This document shows, in pieces, positions 27,420 to 32,000 of a stretch of DNA of 32,000 nt. A program made the position numbers and the translations under genes. The stretch is taken from assembly GCA_019359675.1 (NCBI GenBank), contig JAHHGX010000022.1, positions 4,549 through 36,548 of the forward strand. The letters are read 5' to 3'. The notes under the pieces were generated by a model, which ran no database searches, was not told the DNA's origin, and worked only from the letters and a program-made list of their open reading frames with translations. Source of the DNA: Calothrix sp. FI2-JRJ7. Lineage in GTDB: Bacteria; Cyanobacteriota; Cyanobacteriia; Cyanobacteriales; Nostocaceae. Numbering within the stretch: position 1 is the stretch's first letter; each line of letters opens with the position of its first letter.

Positions 27420-27662
27420 ATGAGTAACGAAATTAATGCAGTTGAATTATCTAATGATGAGCTTGATACTGTAGCTGGTGGTTTAGCGATTAGCTTAGGT
27501 GATATCGGTGGGTTTACGTCGGATGCATCTAACACCTTTTCACAAAAAAATTTAACTGTAGGACAACAAACCTTTGCTGGCCCCGGTGGTAGCTTCACAG
27601 GTTCTGTAACTAACCTACAAGAAATTATCAGTACTGCTGGTCAAGCAATTGCTGCCAAGTAA
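27420..27662 (+). CDS. Small peptide with double-glycine leader, bacteriocin/RiPP-precursor-like
   Basis: 80 aa; leader MSNEINAVELSNDELDTVAGG then a Gly/Ser/Thr-rich, Cys-free core; ribosome-binding-like acggag upstream. Confidence 0.7.
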   Translation: MSNEINAVELSNDELDTVAGGLAISLGDIGGFTSDASNTFSQKNLTVGQQTFAGPGGSFTGSVTNLQEIISTAGQAIAAK

Positions 27663-27703
27663 TTAAAGTCTTCAACCCCCAATCATTTCGGTATAATTTT
27701 GCA

Positions 27704-27742
27704 CGGCGCCTATCTTAATGTAGATATCGGCGCCGTTTTTTA
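27704..27742 (+). terminator. Terminator hairpin built from two GGCGCC motifs
   Basis: acggcgcc-tatct ... agata-tc-ggcgccgt followed by TTTTT, between the convergent peptide and M50 genes. Confidence 0.7.
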
Positions 27743-27748
27743 CTAGCT

Positions 27749-30070
27749 TTAATCTTGCGGTGTTTCTTCCAAAGCTTGTTCAAGTGCTATTGCCTTTTGC
27801 TTATCAGCTTTTTCGGCTTTATTATTTCCTAACTTGCTATATACTTGACTTCGCAATGCATAAGCGTCATGTAGTTGAGGTTCAAGTTGTATAGCTTTAT
27901 TTGCATCAGCTAAGGCGCCTTTATAGTCTTTTAGCTGAATATATATATAACCACGATTAATATAATTCCAGTAGCTCTTAGGATTAAGTTTAATAACTTG
28001 ATTATAATCGGCAATGGCGCCAAAATAATCGCGTAACTTTGTTCTAGCTTCTGCCCGTTGATAGTATACTATATGAGGTTTATGATTTAGCTTTAGTAAA
28101 TAATCATAGTCTTGTATTTCAGCTTTGATATTACCAAGCTGAGAATTTAAGGAAGCACGAATAAAACGGTGTTTAGTATCATTAGGTTGTAATCGCACAA
28201 TTTGATTGTAGTCTGTTAAGGCGCCTTTATGGTGTCGCATGACTTTAAATGCTCTCGCACGTTTAATATATGTATCTACATCATTGGGATTTTGTTGTAA
28301 TATTGCTGTTGCTTTTTGAATTTCATGCTTCTGCATACTGAGAAAACGTTCGCGTCGCTGTTGCGGTTTCTCTAATATATGCGGAATTTCACTTAAGAAA
28401 CTAATTGCACGTGGTGATATTGCGTATAGAGAACCTGTTAATGCCCCAAGGAGACTACCGCAGTAAAGAACAATTAAAGAAATTCGCGTTATCCATTTAC
28501 CTTGTGATTCATTATAACGTCTAATTATATCTTTAACTAAAAAATTTCTGCTAGCAGCAGGTAAGTTATTATACCCAAATTGTTTAAAATATATATAAAC
28601 ATTATTAATTAGATTATCTTGATTACTAGGTTTACTCTGTTTAAGAAGTCGCTGTAATTTAGAATTAGCTTTAGCCGCGCGGAAGCTTTGTGGTATACTA
28701 AAAGCTGTTAATAGTATAAATATAAATAATATAGGTTGAGAAATAGAAAGGCGAGCTAGTACAAATAAGCCAAATAGTTGAAATAAAACATCGCTATAAG
28801 CAAAACGTGAAAATAAAAGTAAGTTTGCTATTTTACCACCATCAAGCGGGTAAATAGGCAATAAATTTATTAAATTTAAACCAATTAACATCCAAGCAGT
28901 GTCTTTTACCCAAACTACATCAATTGTATTACCAGAGATAAAAGCCAAAAATATTCCCAAAATTAAACCGGGCAAAGGGCCAGCGAGTAAAACCCAAACA
29001 TTTTGAGTAAGTGTAGTATCATATTTCTGGCTTGCTGTTGCAACGGCGCCTAAAAAGGGTAAAAATAACATTGAAGTATCACGATAACCGCATAAATGCA
29101 TGGCAATTAGGTGTCCAGCTTCGTGTAGCATTATCACCAGCACAAAAATTGCCAAGCGATGTATTTCAAACATGTGCATAAAAGATGCTACAAACAAACC
29201 AAAACTTATAAACAGCATCCAAGCACGAAATTTACCATCGACCAGTCCCTTATTCTGACTTTCTGTACGCTTAAACCCTTCAACCTCCAGTTCAACAGGA
29301 ATATCAACCCGCATTTCAGGATTAGTTTTAGCTGCTAATAAGCGCTGGTTAATAATTTTTGTAACTTTATGTTTCCCATCAACCAATTTCTTAGCAACTT
29401 TCCATGCACCCTGTAATGTCAGACTATATTTTTTTTCCTCAACTAATCGTAGTTTCCCTGCTTTAAATAAATAATTTAAATGTTTATTGCTAAATTTTTC
29501 TAAAGCTATCGTAAATTTATCAGGGGATAAACCAATTGCAGGTTTTGCTATACTTACTTTTTCGACAGTATCTTGATGTAACTGCCATTGTACCAGAGTT
29601 TCTGGTGTGTAAGCATCTTGAATAGTAAAGTTAGGCGTTTCACCAATTACCCCATCAGCTTTACCATTCATTGTCAATAATAAACTACTGTCTTGAAAAA
29701 ATGTATAAAATTCAATATCAAATAAATTAACAGCTTCAAGCGGATAACGAATTCCTACCTTTGCATACGACTTCAGCGATTGATTATACAACAGTATTTC
29801 TACCACTGTTGGTGGGTCAATTTGAAGCATGGGTTCTACTTGCACATAGCAACACGCTTTAAAACCCAATTCCTCTAGTTCAGAAATGGCGCCTTTAAAT
29901 AATTGTTGAAGGTATAATGGTACTTGTTTACTATTGATAATTTCGTATTTAGGGCGCCGAAAAACAGACTTGAAAATAAACAAAAACGCTACTAAATAGT
30001 TGATAACAGCGAAAAGCACCAAAATAGCAATGGGGTAGAGAATATATTGCATAGCAATGTTATAGAGCAA
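27749..30070 (-). CDS. Site-2-type (M50) membrane metalloprotease with C-terminal TPR domain
   Basis: Zinc motif VIMLHEAGHLIAMH (HEAGH encoded at 29111-29125), LINLLPIYPLDGGKI, then TPR repeats (GALTDYNQIVRLQPND, GAIADYNQVIKLNPKSYWNYINRG...). Start likely at the internal MQYILYPI. Confidence 0.85.
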   Translation of the reverse strand: MLYNIAMQYILYPIAILVLFAVINYLVAFLFIFKSVFRRPKYEIINSKQVPLYLQQLFKGAISELEELGFKACCYVQVEPMLQIDPPTVVEILLYNQSLKSYAKVGIRYPLEAVNLFDIEFYTFFQDSSLLLTMNGKADGVIGETPNFTIQDAYTPETLVQWQLHQDTVEKVSIAKPAIGLSPDKFTIALEKFSNKHLNYLFKAGKLRLVEEKKYSLTLQGAWKVAKKLVDGKHKVTKIINQRLLAAKTNPEMRVDIPVELEVEGFKRTESQNKGLVDGKFRAWMLFISFGLFVASFMHMFEIHRLAIFVLVIMLHEAGHLIAMHLCGYRDTSMLFLPFLGAVATASQKYDTTLTQNVWVLLAGPLPGLILGIFLAFISGNTIDVVWVKDTAWMLIGLNLINLLPIYPLDGGKIANLLLFSRFAYSDVLFQLFGLFVLARLSISQPILFIFILLTAFSIPQSFRAAKANSKLQRLLKQSKPSNQDNLINNVYIYFKQFGYNNLPAASRNFLVKDIIRRYNESQGKWITRISLIVLYCGSLLGALTGSLYAISPRAISFLSEIPHILEKPQQRRERFLSMQKHEIQKATAILQQNPNDVDTYIKRARAFKVMRHHKGALTDYNQIVRLQPNDTKHRFIRASLNSQLGNIKAEIQDYDYLLKLNHKPHIVYYQRAEARTKLRDYFGAIADYNQVIKLNPKSYWNYINRGYIYIQLKDYKGALADANKAIQLEPQLHDAYALRSQVYSKLGNNKAEKADKQKAIALEQALEETPQD

Positions 30071-30184
30071 ACTATGCTTAGTATTCCCAGTTTTTCATGT
30101 TGGAGTTAGATTGAAATGTGCTTTTTAAGTTCTTCAGCAAATACACGTACTTTGAGAGGAATATAAGCACGGTTCGTTAGTTGG

Positions 30185-30520
30185 GTGAAAGAATTGGCGC
30201 CGTTATTATCGAGTCGTGGCGTAGCATTTCTTAATGCTCCAGTTATGAGTTTAGCAGCAAAGAACGCGGCGAATTTAATGTTGGCAAAAAGTCATGCACC
30301 GATGTTTCCTATTGATTTAGTTAAGAAAGATTTTCGCTATGTTATGCAAAGCGCGCGGGAAGTAGATGCTGTAATCCCTGTATCTACGGCTATTCACAAT
30401 ATTTATTTGGATGCAGCTGCGCTTGGGTATGGGGGTAATAATATTACAGGTGTTGCTCGGCTTTTATTTGATATTCTAGAGACCGAATATACCCAAATAT
30501 ATAGCTTTGTAATACATTAG
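30185..30520 (+). pseudogene. 3-hydroxyisobutyrate/beta-hydroxyacid dehydrogenase remnant
   Basis: ELAPLLSSRGVAFLNAPV is joined directly to AAKNAANLMLAKSHAPMFPIDLVKKDFRYVMQSAREVDAVIPVSTAIHNIYLDAAALGYGGNNITG; the Rossmann N-terminus and the middle segment are missing. Confidence 0.75.
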
Positions 30521-30522
30521 CT

Positions 30523-30585
30523 GGTGCGTGGCGCTACGAGTCTTATAATTACATTGAAGTTTATTCATGGCGCCACACACCCTAC
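30523..30585. repeat. Dispersed inverted-repeat element copy
   Basis: ggtgcgtggcgctacgagtcttataattacattgaagtttattcatggcgccacacaccctac, similar to the right end of the 7622-8440 element. Confidence 0.7.
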
Positions 30586-30632
30586 TTGGGAATGTCGCTA
30601 TTTTACGCATTTGGAGGCGCCAATAAAATCGG

Positions 30633-30696
30633 GTAGGGTGCGTGAAAGCTATTACTATCAATCAATGTAACGCAAAATACAGTGCTTTTACGCACC
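30633..30696. repeat. Dispersed inverted-repeat element copy, degraded
   Basis: gtagggtgcgtgaaagc ... gcttttacgcacc. Confidence 0.6.
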
Positions 30697-30986
30697 ATTA
30701 ATTACGTTAAGTAAGCGCCATTCCACCCTACTTGGTATTAAAACTTAATAATTTTAAATTTTTTTACATATTACCTACAAACTTTATATAGTCTTTACCA
30801 AAATATTATTGTTTGTACTGAGATAATTTAAACTGCGAAAAGTGCCGCCGGCAACAACCAAAAGAAATGGAAGAATGGCTTTTGCAGTTTGTTTAATAAA
30901 TTAAAATTTATATAAATATGGGACAGGCAAGGATGCCCATCCCACAAAAGTGATTATTTCACAAGAGTGATTATTTAATTTTTGGG

Positions 30987-32000
30987 TTATTCGCTGTATG
31001 CTTCCATAGGGAGGCAAGAACAAACGAAGTTTCTATCACCGAATGCTGCGTCGATGCGACTGACGCTGACCCAGAATTTATTATCGCGTGTCCACGGCGC
31101 CGGATATGCAGCTTGTTCTCTGGTATATGGATGTGTCCAGTCACCAGAAATTAAACTTTCTGCGGTGTGGGGGGCATTTTTCAAGAGGTTGTCTTGAATA
31201 TCCATTTTCCCAGATTCAATTTCGGCAATTTCTTGGCGAATGGAAATTAATGCATCACAGAAACGGTCGAGTTCCTCTTTTGATTCGCTTTCGGTTGGTT
31301 CCACCATAATAGTACCAGCGACGGGCCATGATACGGTGGGTGCATGGAAACCGTAGTCCATCAAGCGTTTTGCTACGTCATCGATGTCGATATTGGCAGA
31401 TTTTTTCAACGCGCGCAAATCTAAGATACACTCGTGGGCGACATAACCGTTACTACCTTTGTAAAGTACTGGGTAGTGGTTTTCTAACCGTTTAGCGATG
31501 TAGTTGGCGTTGAGAATTGCAATTTTGGTAGCTTCGGTTAAACCTTTGGCGCCCATCATTACAATATACATCCAAGAAATTACTAGGATGCTGGCACTTC
31601 CCCAAGGTGCAGCAGAAACGGCGCCTATCGATTTTTGATTATCAGATATATCAACAACAGCGTGTCCTGGGAGGAAAGGGACTAGGTGTGAAGCAACACC
31701 AATGGGACCCATGCCGGGGCCACCACCACCATGAGGTATGCAGAAGGTTTTGTGGAGGTTTAAGTGGCAAACGTCGGCGCCTATATCTCCAGGACGGCAA
31801 AGTCCGACTTGAGCGTTCATGTTGGCGCCGTCCATATATACCTGTCCACCATGAGAATGAACGATGGTACAAATGTCTTTGATGGCTTCTTCAAATACAC
31901 CGTGGGTAGATGGGTATGTCACCATCAACGCTGAAAGGTTGTTACTGTGCTTTTCGGCTTTTGCTTTCAGATCGGCAACATCAATATTACCGTCTTTATC
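30987..32000 (-). CDS. gcvP: Glycine dehydrogenase (decarboxylating), P-protein, C-terminal part
   Basis: [40 protein letters not shown]...[23 protein letters not shown]; frame stays open to base 32000, so the 5' end is off window. Confidence 0.96.
   Translation of the reverse strand, partial: DKDGNIDVADLKAKAEKHSNNLSALMVTYPSTHGVFEEAIKDICTIVHSHGGQVYMDGANMNAQVGLCRPGDIGADVCHLNLHKTFCIPHGGGGPGMGPIGVASHLVPFLPGHAVVDISDNQKSIGAVSAAPWGSASILVISWMYIVMMGAKGLTEATKIAILNANYIAKRLENHYPVLYKGSNGYVAHECILDLRALKKSANIDIDDVAKRLMDYGFHAPTVSWPVAGTIMVEPTESESKEELDRFCDALISIRQEIAEIESGKMDIQDNLLKNAPHTAESLISGDWTHPYTREQAAYPAPWTRDNKFWVSVSRIDAAFGDRNFVCSCLPMEAYSE

Noticed and set aside
27335-27598. 87-aa minus-strand ORF opposite the GG-leader peptide
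   Set aside because: The sense ORF has a GG leader and ribosome-binding site; the antisense ORF has no support.
31088-31882. Several ORFs overlapping gcvP on both strands
   Set aside because: gcvP is unmistakable by conserved sequence; the others are shadows.
30987-32000. gcvP as a truncated pseudogene
   Set aside because: The frame is open to base 32000 with authentic GcvP sequence upstream of the ORF-track start; it is simply cut by the window edge.
1-32000. tRNA/rRNA genes
   Set aside because: No cloverleaf-like segment or conserved rRNA sequence recognised by eye; tRNAscan-SE/Infernal would be needed to exclude them formally.

Overview
This is cyanobacterial chromosomal DNA. The hexamer GGCGCC is extremely frequent (about 74 by hand count, against about 2 expected at this GC content), and dispersed 'GTAGGGTGCGTAACGCT' repeats occur throughout. 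Supported genes in order: C-terminus of a DUF2237-like protein (edge); TM-helix/mechanosensitive-channel-like protein; PD-(D/E)XK-like protein; Era/YcjF-like GTPase (DUF697); sucrase/ferredoxin-like protein; Mut7-C RNase; large tandem-repeat element (13 anchors, 55-bp period); unknown 490-aa protein with three 56-aa repeats; small membrane-anchored protein; Rieske/pheophorbide-a-oxygenase-like protein; PadR regulator; RmlD-like SDR; truncated IS630-type HTH ORF plus a MITE; AAA-like ATPase with a C-terminal nuclease-like motif; long TPR protein; Uma2-like protein; solitary DNA cytosine-5 methyltransferase; histidine-kinase fragment; lipase-like hydrolase; PAS hybrid histidine kinase; degraded vapBC; PsbP-like secreted protein; double-glycine-leader peptide; M50 protease with TPRs; decayed hydroxyacid dehydrogenase; gcvP (5' end off window). 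The most interesting leads are: (1) composite inverted-repeat elements whose interiors have expanded into tandem arrays and which supply stop codons to neighbouring genes; (2) the GGCGCC over-representation together with an orphan C5-methyltransferase; (3) the GG-leader peptide next to an M50-TPR protease; (4) the unknown repeat protein in a 2.8-kb GGCGCC-free stretch; (5) the TPR + ATPase-nuclease pair. No complete new system is proven, and no CRISPR array, tRNA or rRNA was recognised.
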